From Bigelowiella natans CCMP2755 (taxonomy: Eukaryota > Protista > Cercozoa), in the NCBI GenBank assembly GCA_000320545.1, contig ADNK01001016.1:1-36869 (forward strand): 36,869 bases of DNA, in the 5' to 3' direction. Each line of letters begins with the position of its first letter. Positions within the stretch are counted from its first letter, which is position 1. The translations under genes were made by a program, and so were the position numbers. A model generated the notes under the pieces. That model worked only from the letters and a program-made list of their open reading frames with translations. It made no database searches and was not told the origin of the DNA. Below are positions 10,240 to 23,271 of this stretch, one piece after another.

Positions 10240-13200
10240 TCAAGTTCCCAATTCCATGCATTTTGAGAAATCAGGGAGTCTCACCTAAGTAATTATGATT
10301 TCAGACCATCGTTATTCCTTTAGGTTTGACACAGTAAGTTTCGCAACAGCGTGTACTCAATCTCAGTACTACTACCTCATAGAGCCTACTCCATCGTTTA
10401 CCAGTGACAAATAATCTTCGACTCACCTGAATAAGATAATATATACAGGTGATGAAATGCCGGAAGATAAAGATACTTCTATTGTTTTTGAGGTGCAACA
10501 AAATGCGGGAAAAGAATGGCAATGCATGTTTTCGAGACAAGTATTAAAAGTATGGAATGGATGTTGTGGTTGCTCACGAGTGATAGGAATTCATGTGAGG
10601 ATTGCCTCGATTGTTACAGACAGACTTGAAAAGAATGGTGGTCTAGATGTGGATGACAATCCATACAACAACCAGGTACATATATATATTAAGAAGGAAG
10701 AATAGTAACAATACCGTATCGAAAGCAATCCCGTTCAGCACATCTTCATGCCCTCTGACAAAATGGCAATATCAACGCTTTTGGTTGGTTTCATATGAGA
10801 AATGTAGATATTTAAGAGATCTTCATCATCATCATCATCATCCAGAATTTATTCACTCTACTTGTAATTACGTTGACGATTTCTTGTCTGTTTCTGGGAG
10901 GATAGAGAGATCGAGCATATGTGTTACTCTGCCGCTTTCAATATCGATTACTACAATTTTATCGCTAAATGTAGTATGAAAATGACAAAGAAGAATACAG
11001 ACTATAAGGGGAAACTGAGAAAAAACAACAGAGCGAGTATTAACGTCATAGTTCAGTTGATAATATCTTACCTCCCCCAAATATTTGCATACAATCGTCC
11101 ATCTGTAAAAAAATGGATATTATTGTCTGTATTTTTCAATCAACATCGTTACTATTTCTCACCCATAGACATCATCATCGTCATCATCATCATCGTCATC
11201 ATCATCGTATCATCCAAGACTAATCAAGAAAATATACCGATAAATTCGATTTCATTGAGATGTGACACAGGCCAGGCGCTACCCCTCGCTGGATCCACAA
11301 AATATACCTAAACAAAGGAAGTGTACTGCTTATTGTAATGAGCGGAGCTGGTTATAGGATCATACTGGAACGAAGTAGCAAAGAATGATAATATTTATAC
11401 ACTTCGTGATGAAAATTACCCAACAACTTGCCCTACACATTGCATCCATAATCACATATAAACGGTATAGCGATACGTAAGCCCCCCCACTCTCCCTCAC
11501 ACGCACATTCACAGACAGAGAGACACAGAAGTCATACCTCCACGTATCGTGTAGGTTGCAGTGTTGTTGAGTCGAGAAATGAAAGTACATTTGAGCCTAT
11601 TAATAGCGATAGTTGTTGTTGAAAAGTCATTAGTACGGATAGCACGAAGAAGAATCACATGATTCTTAATGATGTTATGATCCCGATCGGTTTTATCGTA
11701 GACAAATTATATGAGAAAAGACATCGGCAAATCATTTCATAATTTCTATTATTCTTATTGTTACTTTTATTGTTTTTGTTACCGTTTGTCATTAAGAAGT
11801 AAGGAGATGACAGCTCTTTGTTTTGATCGATAGCAGCAGTTGTTTCCTTTGGTGGGGAACTTACCGTTGTTAAGCCCCATCCTTCGCCCTTATGGCATCA
11901 CCATTATTGTCATATATGAGTGAAAAGAGAAGAATAATACAACCGTTTTATATTTGGAGTAATCATGTTGAGTTAATTTAAAGAAGAGACAAGCAGCGAC
12001 AACAATGTAACGAATTTTAAAAATAAATGAGTGTTGGCTATTGAATCATCATTCATTGACTGAGAAGAATGTTTGGTATTACAGTAGATGGACAAGATGG
12101 TGGTGGTGGTGGTGAAGAAGAAGAAGAAGAAGAAGAAGAAGAAGAAGAAGAAGATGATGATGATAATGATGATATTACGATGGTATGCATTACAGAATAT
12201 ATAATACTACGAATTCTTCTTCTTCTTAATCAGTCTAGTACTACTACCACCTGCAATCTATGCTCTGACTTCTTCTTAAAATCGAAATCGTACTCGAAAA
12301 TTAAGCCTTCTCTCCACGTCAGTTGGTAGAAACTATCCTAAAAGCATGATGTTCCCGATCCTTAGGCGGAAATATAACATGGATAGGAGAAAGAAACAAC
12401 TACTACAACTAAAGATTCTGTCCTACCTGATGGATAGCTAAGCCCTCTCCAAAATACTTGGCATTCAGTTTCGTCTCTCGTATTGATTTACCGCTTCCTA
12501 AATAGTCAACCTGCCAAAAGTAAAAGCCAGAAACAATAAACGGGAATTAGAAGACGGCGAGTACGACGACAACGTTATCCCAATGCGATGGAAGATGGAC
12601 AATAAATAGTGACATTCAAAAACTTCAAACATATCACGACGAGGACGATGACGACCATGATTATGATGAGGATGTTGTATTTGTAACGTGAGGACCGCTT
12701 CGGTGTCCTGGTGATACATGCTACGTACAAACTCACCAACCAACATTGACTTTGAATACTACTACTACTACCTCCTTAAGAAGAGACTCGCCATAGAGAC
12801 CTGTGGACTCGTACATTCTACCCTCATGAATTACCAAACCTGATCATCATTTCAAATAGCTTTTTAAGGTAGAAATAAAATTTAAAATGTTTGATGAAGT
12901 GGATGATGATATCGATGATGCTGCCGCTGGTGCTGGTGGTGATGAATGATGAGCGGACAACAACCAAGCATTCGTAGCAGCCTCATTTTACCACTTTCTA
13001 CCTTGAGTGAAAGCCATGTCATCATGAGGAAATGTGTTGATAATCTCCATTGGACAGAGAAGCGGCGCCTTCCCCTCCTTGCCACTTGGTGATTGCGTAG
13101 TGGTGGTGGACTTGTTGCCGTAGTCGCTTTGAGGAGGAGGGGGGGGGGTAAGGGCGAGATACACCCCATAAAGAATTGCAACACTCGCAACCACCACAGC

Positions 13201-13420
13201 ACTGGATCCATGGAAGGAAAACACTGTCTTGATGAAGCTCGATTGCCTCCTCTTTCTCTTTCTTGACTAAATGAGATGTCGTATGATGGTGAATACTATG
13301 TTGTTGCCACAACTCCTATGGCGTTGTCATTTTCTTCATACAATCTTTCTATACCTTGATAATCTTGGGTTTACCCCGAGTCGTCCCCGATGGCACTGGG
13401 GTGTCGCCATCCACCACCAT
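10240..13420 (-). CDS. Glutaminyl-peptide cyclotransferase (type II, plant/bacterial beta-propeller QC) with N-terminal signal anchor; about 13 exons
   Basis: Spliced motifs FPHDDMAFTQGL, YESTGLYGES, YFGEGLAI, YQLTWRE, GEGWGLT, LNEIEFI, LYANIW, DVLNGIAFD, LFVTGKRWSRLYE|VRLPDF...GT*. Start at 13420 is tentative; an upstream exon is possible. Confidence 0.93.
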
Positions 13421-14092
13421 CTTTTTGTGTCTATGTTGCAATTTAACCTCAACTTCATGAATGAAGAACATTTCAGGAATGAATGGCTCACGCCAGCACT
13501 CCATCATCATCATCATCAACAACAACAACATTATCATCACTTTTAAATAACATTCATCATCACCACCATCACCAACTAACATAATGAGCATGAGCATGTA
13601 TACCAATAGACGTAGGAGTTTGTTACCCCCCCAGCCGACAGTCACCCCACAGCGCGGTAGGCGTGTACTCGAATAATATTACTCACAACAATCCAGACAA
13701 CACTGTATGTACCCCCCGTTACTACCCAGCCACTACCACCAGTAGACGACATTTTTTTAATTACATGTATTTAAAAAATTTATTTATTTTGTTGTGTGGC
13801 TTGTCCTTGACCTAGGTTTCGAAGAAGAAACCGGTACTATCACCACAGAAAATTCTCAGCTTTAGCAGTATTGGTCGCACGATGCGCAAAGGAGGTGGTT
13901 TCCTTCTCTGCGGTAGAGGAACTTTCCAGAACGTTCTTCTTTCAGGCCGCAGTTGCGTCGAGTATTAACTCCAGAGAGTTCTGTAGGATGAATTAACGAA
14001 GAACAGGAGAATCAATCAAACCCTCACAACTCAAAGGCAATAAACTTGCAACTACTCACAGGGGTGGTGAGCTGCCTTGCTTTGTCCTAAAA
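13421..14092. promoter_or_regulatory. Putative bidirectional promoter region (QC / GTPBP)
   Basis: Head-to-head spacer with an AT-rich core at 13750-13790; inferred from position. Confidence 0.4.
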
Positions 14093-15684
14093 ATGACGAC
14101 TCAGAATAAGGACGCCGCGAAAGAAGTAAAGAAAGATGACATGAGAACAGGTAAGTCTACTGGCGGAGCAGAAGGGAAGACCCAGCAGATACATGAGTTG
14201 AGAATTGCAACTATAGGCAATGTTGACTCTGGGAAATCAACACTTATCGGTGTTCTCACTGGGGGTGAGCTGGATGACGGACGTGGAAGGGCTCGTTCAA
14301 AGATTTTCAATCTTCGACATGAGGCCGAGACCGGGCGAACGTCTTCCATCAGTCAGCACCTTGTCGGTATTAATGCTGAAAGGAAAGCTGGTTCACTCAA
14401 ACACCCATAAAGGTGGAGGGGTCCACCTTACTACCGCACAAAAATACAAATCTTGGGAGGGAAGTCATGGAAGTTTCGAAGAGTGTTATTACCTTCGTGG
14501 ACCTGTGTGGTCATGAGAAATATTTGAAAACCACAATCTGTGGCCTTACAGGAACCTTCCCAGACTACGCATGCCTTGTCGTAGGAGCTAACATGGGTGT
14601 TACAAAGATGACGAAGGAACACCTAGGAATCGTTTTGGCTTTGAAAATTCCTTTTTACGTTATTCTCACTAAGGTGGACATCTGTCCCCCTAACGTCCTC
14701 AAACGTACGAAGGATAAATTGGTTAAGATATTGAAGTCCCGATTTGCAAAGAAGATGCCTTTCGAAGTACGCGATGAAAAAGATGTTGCCACTTGCCTCA
14801 AGAATCAATCCTCGAAATTAACCCCAATATTCTCGCTATCAGCCGTGACAGGGAAAGGGGTTAAGCGCCTTGAATCGTACCTCTCTGGTTTGGCCCCTAG
14901 ACAGACTTGGGATTCGGAAGCCAAAAACGTAGAATTTAGCATTGAGGAGACTTTCAATGTTACTGGAGTCGGAGTAGTTGTATCTGGAAGTGTAACGAAA
15001 GGGCGTTTAATAGCTAACAGCAAGATGCTTCTTGGTCCTTTCTCCGATGGTGGATTTAGACCTGTTCTGGCGAAGACCCTCCAGCGGAAGCGTGTTCCAA
15101 TGTCAGTTTGCAACGCCGGGGAGTCTTGTGCAGTGGCTATTCGATATTTGAAAAGCAAAGAAAGCCTTAAGCGCTCAGACGTGAGAAGGGGCATGGTTTT
15201 GGTCGACCCTACCTCCGAGCCCAAAGCTACTGTCAGCTTTGAAGCCGACATTCTTGTCTTGCATCATCCAACGACAATTAAAGAGAACTACCAGTCAGTT
15301 ATACATTGTCACAATGTTCGGCAGACTGCAAAGATGGTCAAAATCAACGGAGTAAGATCGATGAAGAAGAAAAAACAGGATAAGCCAGGGGCACCGGTGA
15401 AAAAAGCTGAAAACGACTCGAAAGGAGTATGCTTAAGAACAGGAAATAAAGCTTCTGTCCTATTTCGCTTCATGGCACGACCGGAAGTGTTGCATGAAGG
15501 GTCTACCATTATCTTTCGAGAGGGCACGACTAAAGGTGTAGGTAAAGTGAGAAAGGTCTTCAACGATTCTTACAAGGATACCACGGCATACTCCCAGTTA
15601 GAGGTGCAGAAGAAGAACGAGCGGACAACTACCTCAAAGAAATCAAGGCGGCGGACAAAGGGACATGCTGCACCCAGATTATAA
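14093..15684 (+). CDS. GTPBP1: GTPBP1/GTPBP2-family translational GTPase, apparently intronless, reading frame broken twice at about 14380 and 14460
   Basis: G1 GNVDSGKST, LDDGRGRAR, HEAETGRTSS, G3 FVDLCGHEKYLKTT, G4 TKVD, G5 SAVTG, and EF-Tu-like domains II/III (VLHHPTTI, LRTG, FREG.TKGVG). GTPBP1 versus GTPBP2 orthology is not resolved. Confidence 0.9.
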
Positions 15685-15849
15685 ATTCTTGTGCTAGGAT
15701 TGAATTTTATTTGAGTACGCCTTTAACAATTTAGATCTAATAATTATTCTCCTGTGTACACTAGTTAATGAAATCTTACATTAATAATACCCAGTTTGAG
15801 GATTGATGATGAGCCATGATTGGCAAAGTAGTTATGAACATCCAACCAC

Positions 15850-16180
15850 TTCACGCTACATGCAGCGCTCTACCTCTACATAGCACATACACATGAGACA
15901 CGTGACCTATTGTAATAAGCTACTAGCCAGTGCTAGAGTACTACATGTACGCAACGTGCTGCGATGCAGCTCTAGTCTAGCAGTAGTGTAGAGCAGCGCT
16001 CTGCATGAGACTGCAATGCTTGTACACGTTCGAGGGACAGTATATACGATACAAGTCTAGTAGTTATATAGTCTAGTAGTGTATAATGTGGGTAGGAGCT
16101 GGTTGGACAGGTGTCCCGTGCTAGCGTGCGCGTAGATATATGTGAGCATCATATTTGCATCTCACATAGCGCATAGATTA
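15850..16180. other. Convergent-spacer island 3
   Basis: 15931-16020 has only 2 identical-base steps in 89 (hand count); hairpin tatgtgag...ctcacata at about 16139-16168. Confidence 0.8.
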
Positions 16181-16312
16181 TTTGCAAAAAAATAAATGTA
16201 AGTAGCATGCACTCATTACTTTACGCTAATGTAATACTAAAGCAAATATGATATCCGTTATGATTATTTAATTTGCTTCAGCATCTCCAGACAGTTGCGA
16301 GTTCTAAATTTC

Positions 16313-16723
16313 TCAACTCTCCATCTTAACATCCCCCTCTTCAGCCAGTTTCTCTTGCATGTATTGCCCATAATGTAACTCGTTCATGTCGCCCTTATAC
16401 ATTTGCTCATACCCTGTATCTCGGATCACGAAAACTGAGATAAAGAATCAAAGTAATGAGGCTTCAATAAGATAATACAGTGGTGGCAATTCATATTTAC
16501 CATCACCATATAACAAATCCCTACACCAACATCAAAATATACAACCGTTGATAGTTCCGCCACTATAAGCGTCTCGATGAGTCGCATGATAGATAGCACG
16601 CTTTCCAAGTTCTATGGCAGCTTTTTCGTCAAGATCCTTAGGAATTTAGCGTTGTTATTAAGTCACGGTAGCCTCATACATGTAGGGAGTGGGTGGGAGA
16701 TAGAGAGATAGAGTAATATATAA

Positions 16724-16792
<69 letters not shown>

Positions 16793-17933
16793 GTGATTCG
16801 TTTGAATTGTGCATTGAGATGTAAGAACTACGTGGGAATATTCTGAATCAAGAATTCCGTAAGCGTAGGTGGCACCAGAGCCCACGGAAAACAAGTTTCC
16901 CTTAAGTCGAGTTCCATCGCTATCACAATAGAAGAGAGCAGGACCCTAAATATGTGAAAGTGATTTAGTTGAGAGGATAATCTCCGTGATTATTTCAAAA
17001 ATATGAAGTATGTTCAGTTCAAATTTGTGTTGACACTAGGATAACATTTTTCCTGATCCATATCGCCTCATCCCCTTCACAGTATCTCTAAATTACGATA
17101 ATATTTCACATACTTCCATTCGAACCTTTTTCTGGTCATAGCCTGCAATCATCGTCCCCATGCTCAGACCATATCCACGGTATTGGAAGACAATATTGCC
17201 TAATAACTTCGATGCTGCCGCAACTGAAATTCTCTTGCCCTCTCTTAGCTCATGGAGACGGCACTGCATCGCCAAGTTACGCTCCCAGAATGAACAGTCA
17301 GCAGCACCTCCAGCCATCGTTCCGATGAGGTGTTTGTGAATTGGAATCACTTTCTTCACTGTTCCAGATCCTATCAATACCATCGAAAGTCATTAGCCAT
17401 TTAATACAGTCAAAATTGAAGGAAATAAAATAATGAATCAAGGATCAAGCCTGTTTTCATTATACATATCTTCCAAAAACTCCTTGATTTCCATGTTTCC
17501 AAAACATTCAGAAGGCGAAGGTATTTTGCTCACTCTGCGGAATAATTACCAATGTATGATCCCATACTGGCACGAGAATCGACGGCCACGAGGACTCCTC
17601 CTTGGAATACAAAAGCTAGCGTTGTAGTACCATGAGAGAACTTAATCTTTGGATTTGCTTCTGAAACGTATCTCTGCCCTCCCTTACTGGTAAGCTGTAG
17701 GGATTAATTTGACGGAGAATTCATTATTACCCTTCGAATGAAAATGTGTACATCGAATTTACCGTAGGAAAAGCGCTTGCATTTGTCTTAGATGGAGCTT
17801 TGAGAAGTGGAAAGTGCGAGGACATATTTGTCGATGCAATTTCCTTTAGAAGTGCAATTTCCTTCCTTTGCAGCTCCTTCCTTGGGTTGGTTTCAAAGAA
17901 GCCATGAGGGTCATTGAAAAAGGAGAGATCCAT
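16313..17933 (-). CDS. PSMB5: 20S proteasome subunit beta type-5 (chymotrypsin-like), with propeptide; 6 coding exons
   Basis: [92 protein letters not shown]; stop TGA at 16315-16313. Confidence 0.97.
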
Positions 17934-18352
17934 GATTGTCGCCAAACCTATTTAAAATAGATGGTTAGATTACGATTCTAGGTATGGATACATATCACTA
18001 GATTTCATTCTGAGATAGACAGCGTACAAGTTTAGTTTACTAGCTTCTGAAAAGGAACTTCTGCGATACAGAAGGGAATACATCAGGCTAACTCCCATCA
18101 AATTTAGATAAAGGGCTTAGATGGTGTGGAAAATAAATTTTGGATCTGTGCATAAAGATTGAATCTGCCTCCATCACCTGAGAATCAAAGGGTTGGTGTG
18201 CGTAAGGGAGAGGTTTAACAGACCGCCGCACTTTGCAGAATGCCTGCTTCTGTTTGATTTCAGGGTGCGACATCAATAAATGGGGTTGTCTCATATAAAA
18301 TGAATGGGGTTTTTATTACTCTTTAGTTTTAACGAAAAACAGACTTCTTGGT
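17934..18352. promoter_or_regulatory. Putative bidirectional promoter region (PSMB5 / metallophosphoesterase)
   Basis: About 420-bp head-to-head spacer; inferred from position. Confidence 0.45.
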
Positions 18353-20409
18353 ATGTCGCGAGATGAGAAAGGCATGTGTTTAAGGATTTCTTACACCGTT
18401 ATGGCTACCCGCCTTCTCCTTCGGAAGTAAATGTAGGAGCATCCTTGCTCAAATCAAGATTCAGTGACAATATGAAGTTGTCTGGATTACCTGCCATGAT
18501 CATGGGGATAGCCATTCTGGTCATGGCTTTGATACCTTTTATGTTTTTGACCCTCTCGGGCGACAAGCTTATTCCGACATTCTCTTCGGAAACGAATCGT
18601 ATAGTAGCTGCCTTCTGCTCTGCTGGGGGAGTCCTCTATCGCAGTTGTTTTGGTCACGGTAGTAGCAGCTATTATTAGTCTAGTAATGTAGCTAAAAAAA
18701 TGAAGGCGATCAAAAATAATCGTGCGGTCTTTTAGGAAGAAACGCCGCCAAATACTCTCGTTTGCAGTGTGAATTGCACGGCAAATGTAGTTGTTGGAAA
18801 GCTCGGAACATACTCGAAACAGAAGCTCTGTAACAACCAGGTGTCTATTTTACTATGTGTCACATTATTTCCCTAAAACCATCTCATAATCTGCAAGCGA
18901 ATGTTTTCAACGGCACATCATGTCTCCTCCCCTGACACCACTCTCGAAGCGACAACAGCTTTGCGGTTCAAAAGGTATGAGCTGCCTCTAGATCAGATGC
19001 TACAGATGTCTACATCTTCAACAACGTCCCCTTTTTCATCGATTCCGAGCTCATCGGGCCAAACCATCGAGTTTCGGGTTCGCTGCAAGTCATTTTACGA
19101 ACTCACGGACGGTCGGCACTCAGATCTAAACCTTATTATTTTTTGATGTGTATGGTAATTTTAACGATGTGATGGGCATTGAAGCTTGTAGTATTTTATC
19201 CAGGGAAGGATATCGAGAGAGGTCGATTTGAAAAAGTCGTGGTAGCTGCTATACCGCAGAGTAGGCGAATAAGTGGACCTAGTGCAGGAATCAACAAAAC
19301 CGAAGAGGATGATGGTGCTGATAACCTTCAAAATCGGAAGTTTTGTTCAATGGTAGGTTTCTTTCTATCTGTACATCCCAGAAAATTGATTTTGACACCA
19401 TGAGAAACTTGCCAGCAAATGAATATGGAAGAACAAGAATAATGATGTTCAGGAGGAGGAAAGCACTGTTAACGATGAGGACCTTGAAGAAACCAAAGGG
19501 CAGCAGCAGCACGCCTGTAGAGTGGCTTTCCTGTCAGACACCCATGGATCTGAGGTATGTATTAGGAGTAGCAGCTAATAAGAGAAACAGCAATTTAACC
19601 ATGTTTTATGATATTTCCTTGTTCTTACTGGTATCTTATGCGTACAGTTTCAGAGTAGAAACACTAGGGTCGTGATTAAAACGATAACAGTCAGCTACGA
19701 TTTACATATGATACGTTATTATCCATTTGCAACTTCGATCAGATCCACTCAATGCTTGAAGATAGAATTGGTATACAAATCCTCACCTCAGTAGTCCTTC
19801 ATCGTCCCCCCGCCATCATCAAAACTACAACGCTTCAAACTAACCTAAGAAACCGGCGAATCAACTTTTCCGTAGTAAACATAGTAAGATTTGTCAGAGA
19901 TAATATTCACATGATGTACTGCTCACGTTGAGCACAATAATGAATAGGAACATTTGCTCCCATAAGCGCCATTTTCCACCTGGGAGACATAACAGTACGT
20001 AGTAGTAGTAGGTTGTTTGACCATTTCAAGCTATCTGTCAGCACCTCCTTGGCAAGTCATCTTAGTAGTAGTAGCAGCAGTAGTAGTAGTAGCAGTAGCA
20101 GTAGTAGTAGTAGTGTTAGTTGAAGTAGATTTCTGAATCAGTTGTTCGATGTATGCATGCATGCATACTAGGATCGCAACTCACACTCGCAGTGGCTTCA
20201 ATACTTTGAACAACTTGGTAGTTTCTTCTACATGTTTGTGGACGTAGTAAGTACCTACCCATATAACTGCGCGTCGTTGTCGTAGTTATCGTAGTCAATG
20301 AAGAAATAAATGCTGAGACTAGAGTCTCTCCTCCCCTCAAACTTCCATTAGCACTACGACAATACTAAGTAATCATAGATCCAAAATGTGTAGCAATCCC
20401 TCTGACCTA

Positions 20410-20454
<45 letters not shown>

Positions 20455-20725
20455 TTCTCTCTTACTCTCTTTGTCATGCTGCTGTTTAAGTCGGAAAGGA
20501 ACCCTCATCATCATCATCGTCATCATCATCTTCTTCTTCTTCTTCTTCTTCTTCTTCTTCTTCACTGGCCACCACCTTGTCACCGCTTCGATACTTTGTG
20601 CGAGGCAATCATGATTTTCACTATAATGATCGATATAAGCTGACTGTGCTCGAGTCGTTGTTACCTCCAAAGGTTGCAACATCTAAAGCTAATACAGGAG
20701 CAGTCAGGTCCTACTTCCAGCAGCA

Positions 20726-20757
<32 letters not shown>

Positions 20758-20879
20758 GTTATGACTAGTAGTAGTTGTTGTTAATGTTGCATACGAATTT
20801 AAGTACTTGCTGTTGAAGGTATTCTGTGGAAATATGTGGCATTTTGTGGGTAGGAATCGTTCATTCATAGATAGCGCCA

Positions 20880-20918
<39 letters not shown>

Positions 20919-22484
20919 GCCACCTCCAGCGCCACCACCACCATCATGATCCACTCACCAACATCTTTACTCATCATTTTATTTTAAAGTTGTCATGTCA
21001 TTATTTGTCACTTAAATAGGCAAATGACCGATATCTACTTAAATTACCACCACCCACCCCACCATTTATGTCTTCTTCTACTGAAAGAAGGATACATTAA
21101 TACCTCTGCTCCTGCTGTCAGATTGTCCTTGATAGCATACTTAAAGTCGAAGAACATCAAGGACAGGTTGAGTGGCTAGCAGCACAGCTTGCTAAAGTTA
21201 GAAGGAAGAAGAAAAATAGAAGAAAACAGCAGGTCGTATGTAATCGGTTTCTTGTATGGATAATACTGCTACCTGTACCCATTTATCGTTGGCTTTTTCC
21301 AGATTCATCATCATCACCATCTTCATTCTCTCACTCACCTTTTGTTGTCCTCCATCTATTTCTTTCTTTCTACCGCAGACACCATCGTATATCGTCGTGA
21401 TAAGTCACGTTGCTTTGCATCTTGACTTGAATCTTCTTACGGAGGGATCCTGGCCAGATTCTTATACACAATCGCAGGCCTCTCAAATACTCAAATGTCG
21501 GCTAACAACTTTCATCAATGGAACCCCTCTAATACTGCAAGAGGATGCGCAGTGGCAGCTTGAATACCCTGAAACTATTATGTCACTGATTGCAAAATCC
21601 ATCTTCTGAAAATTTTCAAAGTAATTTTTGTTGTTATCTAGCTTATCAAGATGTCCTGTTGGGAAATGTCAACATGACCCTTTCCGGTCATGATCATTCA
21701 TATCAAAGAGGCTACATCAACGGTAGTAGTGCTGCTGCTGCTGCCTTTACCTTCTTTTATTATGTTTAATGCGAATTTGGTGATGATGGCGACACGACAC
21801 GCCACTGCCGATTCTCCCGTTGAGGAGCTTTCGAATGCTACTAAATTAAACCAATGTACGTTTCAAACAACTGCCAGCCGCAGCAGTAGTAGTAGCAGTA
21901 GCAGTAGCAGCGGTAGGGCTATCCGTTGATCCTAGTTAGAGCATTGGTGTAGCTAATAATGATGATGAAAAGCGCGTCTTTAGTCCATTTATTATTATCA
22001 TCAAAAACGTCGTTGTCACCATTACCACGAACCCATTAACAGTTCAATCCTCCCTCTCCTTCTAGGTACATATTCATTAGTGCTTGGTGGTGGTGGTGGC
22101 AAATTTACCTCCCTTCATCCGAGACATTGGAAAGGTCTTCAGGTAACGACCTTGTTTTTTAAAACGGTTCTGATGTATGGCTTATGGGCTCCTTCTCTTC
22201 CGCCTCTAAACCTCTCGATTTGCTCTGATTTTCAATATTCTTCTACTCTTTTCAGTTTGCGTACGGCTCTACGCATCATTTTTTATTAGCTGAGGTAATC
22301 GCTACCACCTATGCTATTCTACTCCGTCTTTATTACATTAAATTTCATCGCCTAAACTGTACTGCGCCCAATATAGGTCAAACAACATCTAGCAAAAAAG
22401 GAAGGTAGCAAAGAGAAGCCTTGCGAAAAGATCACTTTCAAAGTTATCAGTGAACCGAAGGGGAAAGTAATCGACAGCCTCTAA
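18353..22484 (+). CDS. Calcineurin-like metallophosphoesterase (acid-phosphatase-like), N-terminal signal/anchor, multi-exon
   Basis: All five metal-ligand motifs appear after splicing: RVAFLSDTH (about 19520-19545), FHLGDITD (about 19975 joined to 20172), VRGNHD (about 20600), VVISH (about 21395), LSGHDHSYQR (about 21680); also IVLDS...QVEWL and VLGGGGG. Start is 18353 (via a GC-AG intron 18372-18436) or 18472; 5' exon structure is uncertain. Confidence 0.85.
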
Positions 22485-22569
22485 GAAATGTTGACATTAT
22501 TTCAACGAGCGATAAGCGTTGCAGTTTTACATTCAGATAGCATGGCAATTGCTTCGCTTATTAGCAGTT

Positions 22570-23110
22570 TAATGGCAGGCACGCATTTGCGTAGTATTTG
22601 ACGATCTCATGCAAGGATGGTGCGACCACATGTGCCACACAAATGTGCAAATGCGCGATGCATCAAGCGTTACACACACACACACACATACGCTAGCATG
22701 CGCAGCACACACGCACACACAAACGACCGCAGCTAGCGCCGTCACTAAAAAAGGCATTAATTGCATCAATGGCTAGCTAGTGCAGTTGGCTCCACACATG
22801 CAATCACAGTCATGGATTGATCGTCGCATCGCAGCGCAACGAAATGTCAGGTGCAACACGTGCATGATCGACCCGCGGCGAGTCCATTGTCTACACATAG
22901 CTAAGCCATCATTTCCGTCACGGGTGCGTCCTTTTTGGAATCATGAACGTGATGACATGCTATCGATCATCATGCACCGCGCACATTTCGCGACTAAATG
23001 GTCTGTCCTAGTGTCTGCAACGTGGATGAAGTACAGTTGGCAGAATTCTTTCCTTCTGTTGTACCCACATATAGTATTTAACGTTGCGTGTGGATGTGTG
23101 CTGTGCTACT
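22570..23110. other. Convergent-spacer island 4
   Basis: gctagcatgcgcagc, ggctagctagtgcag, gtgcaacacgtgcatgatcg etc.; between stop 22484 (+) and stop 23272 (-). Confidence 0.7.
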
Positions 23111-23271
23111 GTGTTTGTGTTCTGCAAATGACTTCAATCTGTAAGAGATTTAGAGTGATTCATCCTCTTTGAATCAGGAGAAGGAGGGAGTTTATTCTTG
23201 GATCCCCCATTCTGCATTTGCTTTGCAAGTTTTCCTGAAAACTACTTATATCAGCTTTTAAATATTTTACA

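Noticed and set aside
11392-11423. Candidate extra QC exon GKLLGNFHHE
   Set aside because: Flanking exons already join in frame and match the family without it; at most a cryptic exon
15673-15684. GTPBP C-terminal PRL as a peroxisomal PTS1
   Set aside because: Weak variant on a cytosolic translation-factor family; likely chance
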